NCBI GenBank assembly: GCA_011049715.1
Contig: DRHF01000028.1
Span: forward strand, 7,449-71,448
DNA length: 64,000 bases
Origin: Desulfobacterales bacterium
GTDB taxonomy: Bacteria; Desulfobacterota; Desulfobacteria; Desulfobacterales; UBA2156
Reading direction: 5' to 3'
The first letter of the stretch is position 1; every line of letters starts with the position of its first letter. The notes beneath the pieces are model-generated. The model was not told where the DNA came from and did not search any database. It saw nothing but the letters and a program-made list of their open reading frames with translations. The translations under genes were made by a program, and so were the position numbers. Of this stretch, positions 1 to 11,265 are shown piece after piece.

Positions 1-1194
1 GGCATCGGCGTTGATGAGACCTGGCGTGAGCTCTGTGCAGGAAAATCAGGAATTGGGGAAATCACCCGGTTCGATACCTCTGATTTTCAAACCAAGATTG
101 CCGGAGAGGTCAAAGATTTTCATCCCGAAGATTTTCTGACTCAAAAAGATGCCAGACGGACAACGACCTTTATCGCCTATGCCGTTGCTACCACCCGGAT
201 GGCCCTGGAAGATGCCAACCTTGTGATCGATCAATCCAATGCCGACCGGGTCGGCGTTTTCGTAGGATGCGGATTGGGGGGGCTGGCCTCCCTGGAGGAG
301 ACAAACAGAATCCTCGAAACGAGGGGCCCGAATCGCGTCAGCCCGTTTTTTATCCCCATGATGATCGGGAACATGGCCGCAGGGATGATTTCAATGCAGT
401 TTGGCGCCAAGGGTCCTAACGCATGCATGGCAACGGCCTGTGCAGCCGGGTCACACTCGATCGGCGATGCGTTCAAGCTTGTTCAACAGGGTAGAGCGGA
501 TGCCATGATTTCAGGAGGAGTTGAGTCGGTCATTACGGCTTCGTGCATCGCAGGGTTCAACGCCATGAAAGCCCTGTCCACACGAAATGACGCGCCTCAA
601 AAAGCATCCCGGCCTTTTGATCGGGATCGCGATGGTTTTGTTGTGGGTGAGGGATGCGGTATCGTTATCCTCGAAACCCTTGAAGCGGCGAGGGAGCGAG
701 GGGCTCACATTTATGCTGAAATATGCGGATACGGAATGTCCGGAGACGGATATCACATGACCGCCCCTTCACCGGATGGTGAGGGTGCGGCAAGATGTAT
801 GCTGGCGGCGATAAATGATGCCGGGATCTCTTACAAGCAGATCGACTACATCAATGCCCACGGTACCTCCACCCAATTGAACGACATGTATGAAACCCGG
901 GCGGTGAAAACCATATTCAAGGATCAGGCGCATTTAATACCGATCAGTTCAACCAAATCGATGACCGGCCACCTCCTCGGTGGTGCCGGCGGAATTGAAA
1001 CCGTTTTTACCGCTTTGACCATCGATGAAGGGGTCATTCCGCCGACCATCAATCTTGATAATCCGGGTGAAGAGTGCGATCTCGATTATGTTCCACACGT
1101 TTCCCGCAAGAAAGATGTCGAATTTGCCATGACCAATTCCTTTGGTTTCGGCGGTACCAATGGGAGCCTGGTTCTTAAAAAATACCGGGTTTAA
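1..1194 (+). CDS. fabF: 3-oxoacyl-ACP synthase II (KAS II), 5'-truncated by the window edge
   Basis: Frame 1 is open from base 1 (GIGVDETWRELCAGKSGIGEITRFD...) and runs into track ORF 199..1194. KAS motifs are present: ACAAGSHSIGDA, HGTSTQLND, GHLLGGAG. Confidence 0.9.
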   Translation, partial: GIGVDETWRELCAGKSGIGEITRFDTSDFQTKIAGEVKDFHPEDFLTQKDARRTTTFIAYAVATTRMALEDANLVIDQSNADRVGVFVGCGLGGLASLEETNRILETRGPNRVSPFFIPMMIGNMAAGMISMQFGAKGPNACMATACAAGSHSIGDAFKLVQQGRADAMISGGVESVITASCIAGFNAMKALSTRNDAPQKASRPFDRDRDGFVVGEGCGIVILETLEAARERGAHIYAEICGYGMSGDGYHMTAPSPDGEGAARCMLAAINDAGISYKQIDYINAHGTSTQLNDMYETRAVKTIFKDQAHLIPISSTKSMTGHLLGGAGGIETVFTALTIDEGVIPPTINLDNPGEECDLDYVPHVSRKKDVEFAMTNSFGFGGTNGSLVLKKYRV

Positions 1195-1418
1195 TCGGCC
1201 CGGATGCATTTTTACTCCGTGATAAGAAATTTCCTGTCCGAATCCTTTCATTTAAAGACCGTACTGAACCGCAACAACAAGCGGATTGACCGCAGCCTTC
1301 GGAAAAAATGATACTTTTTCTCTTGCGGAAATTAAAATACGGTTATATTTTAGGGGGTTATGTGAATATCTTTATTTTATATCCGTTTAGAACCGTTTAG
1401 ATCAATGGGAATGATAAA

Positions 1419-1880
1419 ATGGACGAACATATAAAATCAGTTTTGATCGGGTGTGACCATGCCGCCTATGATTTAAAAGAAAAGATCAAAATATATCTTA
1501 CTGAAAAGAACATCGATGTCGAGGATATTGGAACCTTTGGTACGGATTCGGTCGATTATCCCGATTTTGCAGCCCGGGTCGCATCGTCGGTCTCAAAAGG
1601 AGAATATGATCGTGGCATCCTCATCTGTGCAACCGGAATCGGCATGTCCATTGTTGCCAATCGATTCATCGGCGTCAGGGCAGCGCTTTGCAACGATCTC
1701 TTTTCAGCAACCCTGAGCAGACAGCACAACGATGCCAATATTCTGGTTATGGGAAGTCGGATCATCGGTGAGGGACTTGCCAGGGCAATCGTTAATATCT
1801 GGCTTGAAACGCCTTTTGACGAGGGACGTCACCGGCTCAGAATAGAAAAAATTGACCCGGTCACGAAAACACCTGGTTGA
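1419..1880 (+). CDS. rpiB: ribose-5-phosphate isomerase B
   Basis: 153 aa with the RpiB/LacAB pattern (GCDHAAYDLK, ICATGIGMSIVANR, NDANILVMG). Confidence 0.85.
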   Translation: MDEHIKSVLIGCDHAAYDLKEKIKIYLTEKNIDVEDIGTFGTDSVDYPDFAARVASSVSKGEYDRGILICATGIGMSIVANRFIGVRAALCNDLFSATLSRQHNDANILVMGSRIIGEGLARAIVNIWLETPFDEGRHRLRIEKIDPVTKTPG

Positions 1881-1932
1881 GGACCGGTAATCATGGGACA
1901 GAATGAAGACCGAAAATATAGAGAGTTGATAA

Positions 1933-2409
1933 ATGCCGGGTGAAGAAAACCGACCGTCATGGGAAGCCTATTTCATGGATATTGCCGCACTGGTGGCCAA
2001 ACGTTCCACCTGCCTGAGACGGGCGGTTGGGTCGGCGGTGGTAAAAAATAAACAGATCCTCGCCACCGGGTACAATGGCGCACCAACCGGTGTCCGGCAT
2101 TGCATCGAGGTCGGTTGTCTTCGTCAGCAGATGAATGTAGCCTCAGGTGAGCGGCATGAACTCTGCCGCGGGATCCATGCCGAACAAAATGCCATCATCC
2201 AAGCTGCATTTCACGGCGTTTCCATAAAGGGCGCCTGTCTTTTCTGTACAAATCTGCCATGTTCCATATGTGCCAAAATGATCATCAATGCCGGCATAAA
2301 AAAAATCTATTACAAGGACGGGTATGCTGATCAGATGTCGACTGAAATGCTGAGTGAAGCAGGTATTGAAGTCATTCGATTTAATCGCAACCATCGGGGG
2401 AGAGATTGA
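1933..2409 (+). CDS. deoxycytidylate (dCMP) deaminase, ComEB-type
   Basis: 158 aa with the cytidine/dCMP deaminase zinc motifs HAEQNAI and PCSICAKMI. Confidence 0.8.
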   Translation: MPGEENRPSWEAYFMDIAALVAKRSTCLRRAVGSAVVKNKQILATGYNGAPTGVRHCIEVGCLRQQMNVASGERHELCRGIHAEQNAIIQAAFHGVSIKGACLFCTNLPCSICAKMIINAGIKKIYYKDGYADQMSTEMLSEAGIEVIRFNRNHRGRD

Positions 2410-2864
2410 TGAAGTGTCCATTTTGCGGAAAACTTGACAACAAGGTCATCGATTCCAGGCTGACCAAGCATGGAGATTCAATCAGGAGACGTAGGGAATG
2501 TATCATTTGCGGGAGACGATTTACCACCTACGAGCATATTGAAGAAATTCCGATTATGATCATCAAGAAAGATGGCCGTCGTGAAGTCTTTTCCCGTGAA
2601 AAAGTCTACACCGGCATGAAAAAAGCATGTGAAAAGCGGGACATCAGTATCAATGTCATCGAAGAATTTGTCGATGAGCTTGAGCGGGATCTTAAGGAAA
2701 CAGGGGAAAAAGAAATCTCGTCACGGACTATCGGGGAAAAGATGATGACAAAACTCCAAGAACTGGATGATGTCGCTTATGTTCGATTTGCGTCGGTATA
2801 CCGGGAGTTCAAAGATGTAAACGATTTTGTCGCCGAACTTAAAAGCCTTTTGAGCGAACGGTAG
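2406..2864 (+). CDS. nrdR: transcriptional repressor NrdR
   Basis: 152 aa. N-terminal zinc ribbon (CPFCG...CIICGRRF) followed by an ATP-cone. Start overlaps the upstream stop by 4 nt. Confidence 0.9.
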   Translation: MMKCPFCGKLDNKVIDSRLTKHGDSIRRRRECIICGRRFTTYEHIEEIPIMIIKKDGRREVFSREKVYTGMKKACEKRDISINVIEEFVDELERDLKETGEKEISSRTIGEKMMTKLQELDDVAYVRFASVYREFKDVNDFVAELKSLLSER

Positions 2865-2896
2865 AGGGGTGAACCCAAATTGGCGGCAGGTCGGCA

Positions 2897-4009
2897 ATGA
2901 ATGATAAACATTTCATGGAAATCGCACTTGCGCTCGCAAAAAAAGGAGAAGGATATACATCACCCAACCCGATGGTTGGCGCTGTTGTTGTGAAGGGCCA
3001 AACGGTTGTCGGAAAAGGTTTTCACAAAGCTGCGGGGGAAGATCATGCAGAGGTCATAGCGATTAACGACGCCGGTTTTTCTGCAAACGGCGCCACTTTG
3101 TATGTGACGCTTGAGCCTTGTAATCACACCGGGCGGACAAGTCCCTGCACGGAAAGAATTTTGGAGGCGGGGATCAGCCGCATGGTGGTGGCGATGAAAG
3201 ACCCGAATCCGGATATTGTAGGCGGGGGGATCACTTATTTAAAGAAAAAAGGCATCTCCGTATCATTGGGCGTATGTGAAAATGAGGCCGAAAGACTAAA
3301 CGAAGCCTTTATCAAATATGTTAACACCAAACGTCCGTTTGTAACCATAAAGTGCGCCTCGACACTGGATGGCCGCATTGCAACCCGAACCGGTGATGCC
3401 AGATGGGTTTCAGGTAATGCATCGAGAAAATTTGTCCACCGGTTGCGCCATCAGGTCGATGGTATTATGGTGGGTGTTGAAACAATAAAAAGAGATAATC
3501 CCCATCTGACAACCCGACTCGATGGAAAAAAGGGTCTCGATCCGACCAGGATCATTCTGGATACGCATCTTTCAGTCCCTGAAAATGCAAATGTGTTGTC
3601 GCCCGGTTCGGCGTCTGATACCCTTATTGTGACAGGAAAAACCGCACCTGATCCAGCCACGGCGGAAAAAAAAGCCCAAATAGAAAAAAGGGGTTTCAGG
3701 GTGATCGAGTCACCGGTTAAAGGCGGCTGGATCGATCTCGATCGCCTGATGGATCGCTTAGGAGCCATGGGGCTGACAAGCCTTCTTGTTGAAGGCGGGA
3801 GTCGTGTGATCGGATCAGCGCTTTCATCGGGCATCGGGGATAAAATACTGTTTTTTTACGCTCCCAAAATTCTTGGCGGCGATGATGGCTTCCCCATTTG
3901 CAAGGGGCCGGGGCCGGCATCGATGTCCGGATGTATACCGGTAAAAAATATCAGCGTTCATCGCTTTGAAAATGATGTCATGATCGAAGGATATATCGGA
4001 GCGGAGTAA
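2897..4009 (+). CDS. ribD: bifunctional riboflavin biosynthesis deaminase/reductase
   Basis: 370 aa. Deaminase motifs HAEVIAI and LEPCNHTGRTSPC, plus a C-terminal reductase half. Sits in a rib gene cluster. Confidence 0.9.
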   Translation: MNDKHFMEIALALAKKGEGYTSPNPMVGAVVVKGQTVVGKGFHKAAGEDHAEVIAINDAGFSANGATLYVTLEPCNHTGRTSPCTERILEAGISRMVVAMKDPNPDIVGGGITYLKKKGISVSLGVCENEAERLNEAFIKYVNTKRPFVTIKCASTLDGRIATRTGDARWVSGNASRKFVHRLRHQVDGIMVGVETIKRDNPHLTTRLDGKKGLDPTRIILDTHLSVPENANVLSPGSASDTLIVTGKTAPDPATAEKKAQIEKRGFRVIESPVKGGWIDLDRLMDRLGAMGLTSLLVEGGSRVIGSALSSGIGDKILFFYAPKILGGDDGFPICKGPGPASMSGCIPVKNISVHRFENDVMIEGYIGAE

Positions 4010-4105
4010 CCGATAAAATAGAGTTTACTCCCATAGGGTTATTCTTCGGATGTTTTTAAAGGTGATGTTTGAGAAAGAATGTATAGTTTGATTAGGAAGC
4101 CATAA

Positions 4106-4771
4106 ATGTTTACGGGAATTATCGAAGGACTCGGTACCATCACCACCATAAAATCTCTGGGCCTGGCCAAAAGATTTATCATAGACGCCGATTTCATCCT
4201 CGAGAAAACTCGGGTTGGAGATAGCATAGCTGTAAACGGGGCCTGTCTAACCGTTGTGGGGATTTCAGGAAAGCGGTTTGAAGTCGATCTATCCCCGGAA
4301 ACCCTTTCAAAGACAACCTTTGGCCGGGTAAAGACCGGAGAACGGATCAATATTGAACGGGCGCTCAAACTTTCTGACAGAGTTGATGGACATCTGGTTT
4401 CAGGACATATCGACGGCAGGGGCAGTATCAAACAGCGGGAAGCCCTGGGGAATTCAATCCGAATCACCGTCGCAGTTCCCGAAGCCCTTTTACGGTATAT
4501 GATACCCAAAGGATCGGTTGCCGTCGATGGTATCAGTTTGACCATCAATAGGTGTGGGGAGAACAGCTTTGACGTCAGTATTATTCCACACACGGCAAAA
4601 TTAACGACGATCGGCTTTAAAAAAAATGGCGATTCGATCAATATCGAAACAGATATGGTCGGAAAATATATTGAACGGTTTATGATGAGGGAAACCGATC
4701 GAACCGCGCAACAGAAAACAGGGGAATCGTCCATCGGGTTAGATTTTTTGGAAAAGACCGGTTTTCTCTAA
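4106..4771 (+). CDS. ribE: riboflavin synthase (alpha chain)
   Basis: 221 aa. Canonical [11 protein letters not shown]-terminus and two lumazine-binding repeats. Confidence 0.9.
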   Translation: MFTGIIEGLGTITTIKSLGLAKRFIIDADFILEKTRVGDSIAVNGACLTVVGISGKRFEVDLSPETLSKTTFGRVKTGERINIERALKLSDRVDGHLVSGHIDGRGSIKQREALGNSIRITVAVPEALLRYMIPKGSVAVDGISLTINRCGENSFDVSIIPHTAKLTTIGFKKNGDSINIETDMVGKYIERFMMRETDRTAQQKTGESSIGLDFLEKTGFL

Positions 4772-4837
4772 TCTGAACCGATTGATGCACATAGGGTCCA
4801 TTTTATTAATTGCAAACCAAGGAGATATTTACATACC

Positions 4838-6052
4838 ATGCCACTGATAACGATTGAAGAGGCGATTAACGACATACGGGAAGGCCGCATGGTCATCCTG
4901 GTTGATGATGAAGATCGGGAAAATGAGGGTGACCTTACAATGGCCGCTGAAAAGGTGACTCCGGCCGATATTAATTTTATGGCAAAATATGGGCGGGGAC
5001 TTATTTGCCTCACGATGACAGGGGAAAAGATCGATACGCTTGATCTTCCGCCGATGGTGAACAACAACACCTCACGGCTCCAAACCGGTTTTACCGTATC
5101 CATAGAGGCAAGATGCGGCGTGACCACCGGAATTTCTGCTGCCGACCGCGCCATCACCATACTTGCAGCGGTGGCAGATGATGCCAAACCGAGTGACCTG
5201 GTCAGACCTGGACATATCTTCCCCCTGCGGGCCAAAGAGGGCGGCGTCACGGTGCGGGCGGGTCAGACTGAAGGCTCGGTTGATCTGGCCCGGCTCACCG
5301 GTTTAAAACCTGCGGGGGTGATTTGTGAAATCATGGATGAAGACGGTACCATGGCTAGAATGCCGACACTGGAAAAATTCAGCAAAAAACATGAGATCGG
5401 CATCTGCACCATTGCAGATCTTATTGAGTATCGAATGCGTAACGAATCGTTTGTGCACCGGGTTGCTGAAACAGTGATTCCCACCGCCTATGCCGGTGAG
5501 TTTAAATCAATAGTATTTGTCAGTGATGTGGATGATCTGCTTCATATCGCCATGGTAAAGGGTGATATCGATACGGAGAAGCCTATTCTCGTGAGGGTTC
5601 ATTCAGAATGCCTGACCGGAGATATTTTTGGTTCACTCCGTTGTGACTGTGGCAATCAGTTGTACAGGGCAATGGAAATGATGAAAAATGAAGGATCCGG
5701 AGTTCTTTTGTACATCCGGCAGGAAGGAAGAGGAATTGGGCTGGTAAATAAGATGAAGGCTTATGCGCTGCAGGATAAGGGGCTTGATACGGTTGAGGCA
5801 AATGAAAAACTTGGCTTTGAACCCGACTTGAGAAATTATGGTATTGGTGCTCAAATCCTGGTGGATCTCGGGGTAAGAAAAATGAGACTTCTGACCAATA
5901 ATCCCAAAAAAATAGTCGGGCTTGAAGGATATGGGCTCAGTGTGGTTGAGCAGGTGCCGATTGAGATAGAGCCAAATGAATACAACCGGTGTTATCTAAA
6001 GTGCAAGCAACTCAAAATGGGACATCTGCTGAATATTGATGCCGCCCCTTAA
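4838..6052 (+). CDS. ribBA: bifunctional 3,4-dihydroxy-2-butanone-4-phosphate synthase / GTP cyclohydrolase II
   Basis: 404 aa. DHBP synthase N-half ([11 protein letters not shown]) and GCH-II C-half (HSECLTGD...CDCG). Confidence 0.9.
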   Translation: MPLITIEEAINDIREGRMVILVDDEDRENEGDLTMAAEKVTPADINFMAKYGRGLICLTMTGEKIDTLDLPPMVNNNTSRLQTGFTVSIEARCGVTTGISAADRAITILAAVADDAKPSDLVRPGHIFPLRAKEGGVTVRAGQTEGSVDLARLTGLKPAGVICEIMDEDGTMARMPTLEKFSKKHEIGICTIADLIEYRMRNESFVHRVAETVIPTAYAGEFKSIVFVSDVDDLLHIAMVKGDIDTEKPILVRVHSECLTGDIFGSLRCDCGNQLYRAMEMMKNEGSGVLLYIRQEGRGIGLVNKMKAYALQDKGLDTVEANEKLGFEPDLRNYGIGAQILVDLGVRKMRLLTNNPKKIVGLEGYGLSVVEQVPIEIEPNEYNRCYLKCKQLKMGHLLNIDAAP

Positions 6053-6155
6053 GTTTTGGGGTTTGTCTGTCTTTTTTTGGTGACTTCATTTTTTAAGAAT
6101 TGATTAAAATTTTTCATCATAATCGATGTTTCGATTGAAATGAGGAGGGGGATAG

Positions 6156-6629
6156 ATGCCAAAAATTCTTGAGGCCAAACTAAACGCCGAAGGCAAAAAA
6201 TTTGCATTGGTGGTCAGCCGGTTCAACGATTTTATTACCGACAAGCTGGTTTCCGGAGCAATTGATGCCCTGGTACGCTGTGGTGCGAAGGATGAAGAGA
6301 TTGATCTTGTTAAGGTTCCGGGTTCATTTGAAATCCCACTGGTTGCCAAAAAGATGGCGGAAAAGGGCGTATATCACGCGGTTGTCTGCCTGGGGGCCGT
6401 GATCAGAGGTGACACACCCCATTTTGATTTCATATGCGCCGAAGTTTCCAAGGGGATCGCCCTGGCGAGCATGGAAACAAAAGTGCCGGTCCTTTTTGGA
6501 ATTATTACCGCAGATACACTTGAACAGGCCATCGAACGTGCGGGAGCCAAAGCCGGGAATAAGGGTTGGCATGCGGCAATGGCCGCCGTGGAAATGGCCA
6601 ACTTGATCGAAGTTGTTGATCAGGCATGA
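6156..6629 (+). CDS. ribH: 6,7-dimethyl-8-ribityllumazine synthase
   Basis: 157 aa with the lumazine synthase pattern ([30 protein letters not shown]). Confidence 0.9.
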   Translation: MPKILEAKLNAEGKKFALVVSRFNDFITDKLVSGAIDALVRCGAKDEEIDLVKVPGSFEIPLVAKKMAEKGVYHAVVCLGAVIRGDTPHFDFICAEVSKGIALASMETKVPVLFGIITADTLEQAIERAGAKAGNKGWHAAMAAVEMANLIEVVDQA

Positions 6630-7060
6630 TGATGGGCGGGCGTCGCGCATCACGGGTACGTGCCATGCAGGCGCTTTTTTATATGGACATGAACCGGAAC
6701 ATTTCCGGTGAAATGTTTGAGCGTTATTGTAACAATTTCGACTCGCCACAGGAGATACTTCCTTTTTTTACAAGGCTGGTAAAGGGCGTTATCGACGCCA
6801 AACCTGAAATCGATGCGATTATCGGACGCTTTTCCAGCAACTGGAAAATGAGTCGCATGTCCGGTGTCGACCGAAACGTCATGCGAATTGCAGTATATGA
6901 GCTTTTGTTCTGTGATGATATCCCACCAAAAGTAACGATCAACGAGGCGATTGATGTTGGGAAAAAATTTGGCACCAAAGAATCGGGTGCGTTTATCAAC
7001 GGCATCTTAGACAGTGTCCGAATCGCGCTGGGAAAGGAAGATATTTGTCCCAAAACTTGA
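6626..7060 (+). CDS. nusB: transcription antitermination factor NusB
   Basis: 144 aa. [14 protein letters not shown]-terminus and the conserved ribH-nusB adjacency with a 4-nt overlap. Confidence 0.85.
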   Translation: MMMGGRRASRVRAMQALFYMDMNRNISGEMFERYCNNFDSPQEILPFFTRLVKGVIDAKPEIDAIIGRFSSNWKMSRMSGVDRNVMRIAVYELLFCDDIPPKVTINEAIDVGKKFGTKESGAFINGILDSVRIALGKEDICPKT

Positions 7061-7166
7061 TGAACTTGTAAAAACTTAAATTGACGGCCAATGAGACCCT
7101 GAAGCTTATTTTGAGGAATTAAAAAGCCGTCAATGTTGAAAATCAACTATTCGACAGGAGGCCGAA

Positions 7167-7793
7167 TTGATTATTAAATCATTAACGGTTGGCCCTATTA
7201 TGGCCAACTCTTTTATTTTGGGCTGTGAGCAAACAAAAGAAGCGGTTGTCATCGATCCGGGTGATGAAACCGATCGGATTCTATTATCGCTGGCGGAGTC
7301 AAAGCTGAGAGTAAGATATATCATCAACACCCATGGCCATTTCGACCATGTGGGAGGAAATAAAAAACTAAAAGATGCGACCCATGCGGATCTTATGATC
7401 CATGCTCTCGATGCCCCGATGCTGAAACACCTATCGGCGACTGCCGCAAACTGGGGGCTTTCAGCAGATGATTCATCACCGCCCGATCAAGAACTGAAAG
7501 ATAACGACACGATCGCCTTCGGTACCATCAAACTAAAGGTGATTCACACGCCGGGACACTCACCGGGAGGTATTTCACTTTATACCGATGGTTGTGTCTT
7601 CGTTGGGGATACTCTTTTTCAGGGCTCGATCGGACGCAGCGATTTTCCGGGTGGAGATCACGAAACGTTGATATCCAGTATCAGGGAAAAGCTATTTGTG
7701 CTTGGGGATGATGTCCGGGTCTATCCGGGACATGGCCCGGAAACCACCATCGGTCAGGAAAAAAAATATAATCCCTTTGTGGGACTGGGATAA
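7167..7793 (+). CDS. MBL-fold metallo-hydrolase (glyoxalase II-like)
   Basis: 208 aa with the HxHxDH motif (THGHFDHVGG) and a later HTPGHSPG. The track start is a TTG codon. Confidence 0.75.
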   Translation: MIIKSLTVGPIMANSFILGCEQTKEAVVIDPGDETDRILLSLAESKLRVRYIINTHGHFDHVGGNKKLKDATHADLMIHALDAPMLKHLSATAANWGLSADDSSPPDQELKDNDTIAFGTIKLKVIHTPGHSPGGISLYTDGCVFVGDTLFQGSIGRSDFPGGDHETLISSIREKLFVLGDDVRVYPGHGPETTIGQEKKYNPFVGLG

Positions 7794-7842
7794 AAAAGAG
7801 AGATAAACTCCCTCCGTTATGCGATGAAGTATCTGATATATT

Positions 7843-8277
7843 TCAAAACGCGCCCAGCTGGCACGATTTGATTTTTATCCCCATCGCCTCGCCGGCCCGA
7901 CTGACTGACAACCGTTGAACATTTAACCGCGATGCAATCGACCAGGCTCTTTCACACGGAAGCTTGCCGTCGACCAATGCGTTTTCGATAGCGTGTTTTA
8001 GGTCTTGTGTAATGCTGTTTTGAGGTTTTGCAACCTTTTTTCCGGCCTTATAGCCGAACAGCCCCAGCTGGCATTTGATAATTTTGACCCCGAGCAGATC
8101 AGCGGATATCCCGACTTCGCCGGATAAAACCTGAAGCTTTTCTACAATTTCAAATGCATCCGCACAGGGCAGTTCCTTTTCTTTTATGCGGTTTGATATT
8201 TCGTTTTCGATTGCGTTGTCTAATTTTATTTCAGACCCGTGCTTCGTTGCAAAGTTTTTCTTTTTACTCAAACCCAT
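7843..8277 (-). CDS. hypothetical protein with two internal Cys-containing repeats
   Basis: 144 aa. Two ~40-aa repeats (LPCADAFEIVEKL...VKIIKCQLGLFG and LPCERAWSIASRL...IKIKSCQLGAF) give four Cys in total. I do not recognise the family. Confidence 0.5.
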   Translation of the reverse strand: MGLSKKKNFATKHGSEIKLDNAIENEISNRIKEKELPCADAFEIVEKLQVLSGEVGISADLLGVKIIKCQLGLFGYKAGKKVAKPQNSITQDLKHAIENALVDGKLPCERAWSIASRLNVQRLSVSRAGEAMGIKIKSCQLGAF

Positions 8278-8496
8278 TCAATGTCTCCTTTCCAGATGAA
8301 TCGATTTGGATGGCTCAATTCAGCGCTCTGCACATCGCCATCCAAACCGCTTTACCTGTTTATCACAAGGCCTTATTTTATTCAACGGATATGGACGTTT
8401 TGGGTTTTAATTTGTTTTTCACCACAAATTGCATTATATAGATGATATTAAAAGGAATTTTTGAGAATTTGAAAAAAAGAAGGTTTTATACGCTTT

Positions 8497-9600
8497 ATGT
8501 CCTTGGTGATTAAACGAAAATCGACCCGCCAGATAAGGGTTGGAAATGTAAAAATCGGCGGTGATGCTCCTATCGTTGTTCAGTCGATGACAAATACACG
8601 GACACAGGATGTTCCGGCCACCACGGCGCAAATTCATCGAATGGAAAACAGCGGTTGTGAAATTGTCAGGGTGGCGGTGCCGGACATGGAGGCTGCTGCT
8701 GCCATATCTTCGATTAAAAAGAAGATTTCGATTCCGCTGATCGCAGATATTCACTTTGATTATCGTTTGGCAATTGCTGCAGCTGAAGCGGGCGCAGACG
8801 GATTGCGGCTCAATCCGGGAAATATCGGTGGCGTTAAAAAAGTAAAAGCCGTGGTTGATTCTGCCATGATGTTCAATATTCCGATCCGGATCGGCATCAA
8901 TTCGGGATCCCTTGAAAAAGATATCCTTAATAAATATAGGGGTGTTACGGCGGAAGCCATGGTCGAAAGCGCGATCAGGCATATCGAACTGCTTACCGCT
9001 CTTGATTTTCACGACATAAAAATTTCGATAAAAGCTTCTGATGTTCATCGAACGCTCGAAGCTTATCGACTTCTATCGTCAAAAACCGACCTTCCCCTTC
9101 ACCTTGGTGTGACGGAGGCAGGCACACTTTATTCCGGAATCGTAAAATCTTCCCTTGGCATCGGCATTCTCCTATCAGAAGGGATTGGGGATACGCTTCG
9201 GGTTTCATTAACCCGGGATCCGGTTGAAGAGGTAAGGGTGGGGTTTGAGATTTTAAAAGCGCTTGAGATCCGCAGGCATGGACCCGAGATTGTTTCGTGC
9301 CCCACCTGTGGTCGATGTAACATCGATCTTATTGGTATTGTCGAAAGCGTAGAAAAGGCGATGTTGAAAAAATCGCTTCCGATTAAGCTGGCGATAATGG
9401 GATGCATGGTTAATGGGCCAGGAGAGGCAAAAGAAGCAGATATCGGTATTGCCGGGGCAGATGGAATGGGGATTCTTTTTAGAAAAGGAAAGGTCACAAG
9501 GAAGTTTCCCCAGGGAAAACTTGTTGAAGTTCTTCTCAAAGAGGTCGATAAATACGAGACAATCGATCACCTTCAATTGAAAAATGATAACAAAGAATGA
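8497..9600 (+). CDS. ispG: 4-hydroxy-3-methylbut-2-en-1-yl diphosphate synthase
   Basis: 367 aa with IspG/GcpE motifs (VGNVKIGGDAPIVVQSMTNT, CPTCGRC, MGCMVNGPGE). Confidence 0.9.
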   Translation: MSLVIKRKSTRQIRVGNVKIGGDAPIVVQSMTNTRTQDVPATTAQIHRMENSGCEIVRVAVPDMEAAAAISSIKKKISIPLIADIHFDYRLAIAAAEAGADGLRLNPGNIGGVKKVKAVVDSAMMFNIPIRIGINSGSLEKDILNKYRGVTAEAMVESAIRHIELLTALDFHDIKISIKASDVHRTLEAYRLLSSKTDLPLHLGVTEAGTLYSGIVKSSLGIGILLSEGIGDTLRVSLTRDPVEEVRVGFEILKALEIRRHGPEIVSCPTCGRCNIDLIGIVESVEKAMLKKSLPIKLAIMGCMVNGPGEAKEADIGIAGADGMGILFRKGKVTRKFPQGKLVEVLLKEVDKYETIDHLQLKNDNKE

Positions 9601-9642
9601 AGCATCCAGCCCCTTTGAACCTGTGGCTATGAAAGGATTCAA

Positions 9643-11163
9643 ATGAAAATAAAGGCAAAAACCGCCATTTCACCCACTCGAACCGAAGACTACTCCGAGT
9701 GGTATCAGCAGGTTGTCAAGGCTTCCGATCTGGCGGAAAGATCACCCGTCCGGGGTTGTATGGTGATTAAACCCTGGGGTTATGCGCTTTGGGAAAATAT
9801 TGTGCGTGAGCTCGATGACATGTTCAAAGAAACCGGGGTCAAAAACGCCTATTTTCCACTTTTTATCCCGCTGTCATTCTTTGAAAAAGAGGCAGAGCAT
9901 GTCGAAGGCTTTGCAAAGGAATGTGCAGTGGTCACGCACCACAGGCTTGAAAAAATACCCGGAAAAGGCCTTATGCCTGCTGGACCGCTTCAGGAGCCGC
10001 TGGTTGTACGTCCGACTTCTGAAACGATCATCGGGGATTCATTTTCCAAATGGATCGACAGCTACCGGGACCTTCCGCTGCTGATCAACCAGTGGGGCAA
10101 CGTGGTCAGATGGGAGATGCGACCCCGGATATTTTTGAGAACTACTGAATTTTTATGGCAGGAAGGACACACCGCCCACGCCACGGCGGATGAAGCGATA
10201 GAGCGGACCCGGCTGATGCTCGATGTTTACGCTGAGTTGGTTGAAAAATATCTGGCAATTCCGGTGGTCAGGGGAAACAAAACCGCCTCAGAAAGATTTC
10301 CGGGCGCCGTGGACACTCTGTGCATCGAAGCGATGATGCAGGATAAAAAGGCACTCCAAGCCGGCACATCGCATTTTTTAGGGCAAAATTTTTCAAAGGC
10401 CTCCAATATCGTATTTCAATCCGCCGATGAAAAAGAGGAATATGCCTGGACCACTTCATGGGGGGCTTCCACACGATTGATTGGCGGGCTTATCATGACA
10501 CACGGTGACGATGATGGTATTATTATTCCGCCGAAAATTGCTCCTTCGCAAGTGGTTCTCCTGCCGATTTTTAGAAAACCAAAAGACCGGGCAAAGGTGA
10601 TGGAATTTACAGAAGGCCTGTCCAATGAACTAAAAAGTCTGCGGTATGGTTCAGGCAAGCTGAAAGTAGAAATTGATGACCGGGATATCGGTGGTGCCAG
10701 GGGATGGGACTGGGTTAAAAAGGGTATCCCGCTGCGTGTCGAAATAGGCCCGCGAGACATTGCGGACAACGCGGTCTATGTCGGACGTAGAGACAGGGGA
10801 CACAAAGAGAGAGAGTCGATCAAACGCGATCGTTTTGTAAAAGAGATAACCCGCATGCTAGATGAAATACAAAACACGCTTTTTGAACGGGCGGCTTCGT
10901 TCAAAAACGGCAACACCGTTGCCATTGATGATCGGAATGCTTTTTATCAATTCTTCACTCCAAGCAATCAGGAAAAACCCGAAATTCACGGCGGGTTTGT
11001 ATTGTCTCAGTGGTGCGGTTCAGCGGCATGTGAGTTGAAAATAAAAAACGATCTGGGCGTTACCATAAGGTGTATCCCCTTTGACAAAAAGACAGAAAGG
11101 GGCAAGTGTGTCTGCTGTGGCGGGACAGGAAATGGACGTGTCGTATTTGCCAAGGCGTATTGA
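9643..11163 (+). CDS. proS: proline--tRNA ligase (archaeal/eukaryote-like type)
   Basis: 506 aa. Class II aaRS features, a YSEWYQQV N-terminus, and a C-terminal zinc-binding domain ending in ...FAKAY. Confidence 0.9.
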   Translation: MKIKAKTAISPTRTEDYSEWYQQVVKASDLAERSPVRGCMVIKPWGYALWENIVRELDDMFKETGVKNAYFPLFIPLSFFEKEAEHVEGFAKECAVVTHHRLEKIPGKGLMPAGPLQEPLVVRPTSETIIGDSFSKWIDSYRDLPLLINQWGNVVRWEMRPRIFLRTTEFLWQEGHTAHATADEAIERTRLMLDVYAELVEKYLAIPVVRGNKTASERFPGAVDTLCIEAMMQDKKALQAGTSHFLGQNFSKASNIVFQSADEKEEYAWTTSWGASTRLIGGLIMTHGDDDGIIIPPKIAPSQVVLLPIFRKPKDRAKVMEFTEGLSNELKSLRYGSGKLKVEIDDRDIGGARGWDWVKKGIPLRVEIGPRDIADNAVYVGRRDRGHKERESIKRDRFVKEITRMLDEIQNTLFERAASFKNGNTVAIDDRNAFYQFFTPSNQEKPEIHGGFVLSQWCGSAACELKIKNDLGVTIRCIPFDKKTERGKCVCCGGTGNGRVVFAKAY

Positions 11164-11265
11164 TTTGCTTTCTGCATAACACATCCCCATGATGTATGTA
11201 TGCCGGCTGAAATCTGCCGGCTCGGTTTAGAACTCTATCGCCATTACCCCACGATGGGCGTGTCG

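Noticed and set aside
2865-4105. FMN riboswitch expected near the rib genes. I checked the leaders before ribD, ribE, ribBA and ribH.
   Set aside because: None of the conserved FMN-element strings or its multi-stem junction could be recognised. The rib genes appear to be co-transcribed with nrdR.
4039-4734. Long antisense ORFs fully inside well-supported genes: 4039..4734 opposite ribE, 8434..9048 opposite ispG, 37802..38482, 41950..42438, 43104..43721, 4768..5250 and 6324..6749.
   Set aside because: They are shadow ORFs on the opposite strand of genes with clear family motifs. They show no RBS, no recognisable domains and skewed, low-complexity composition.
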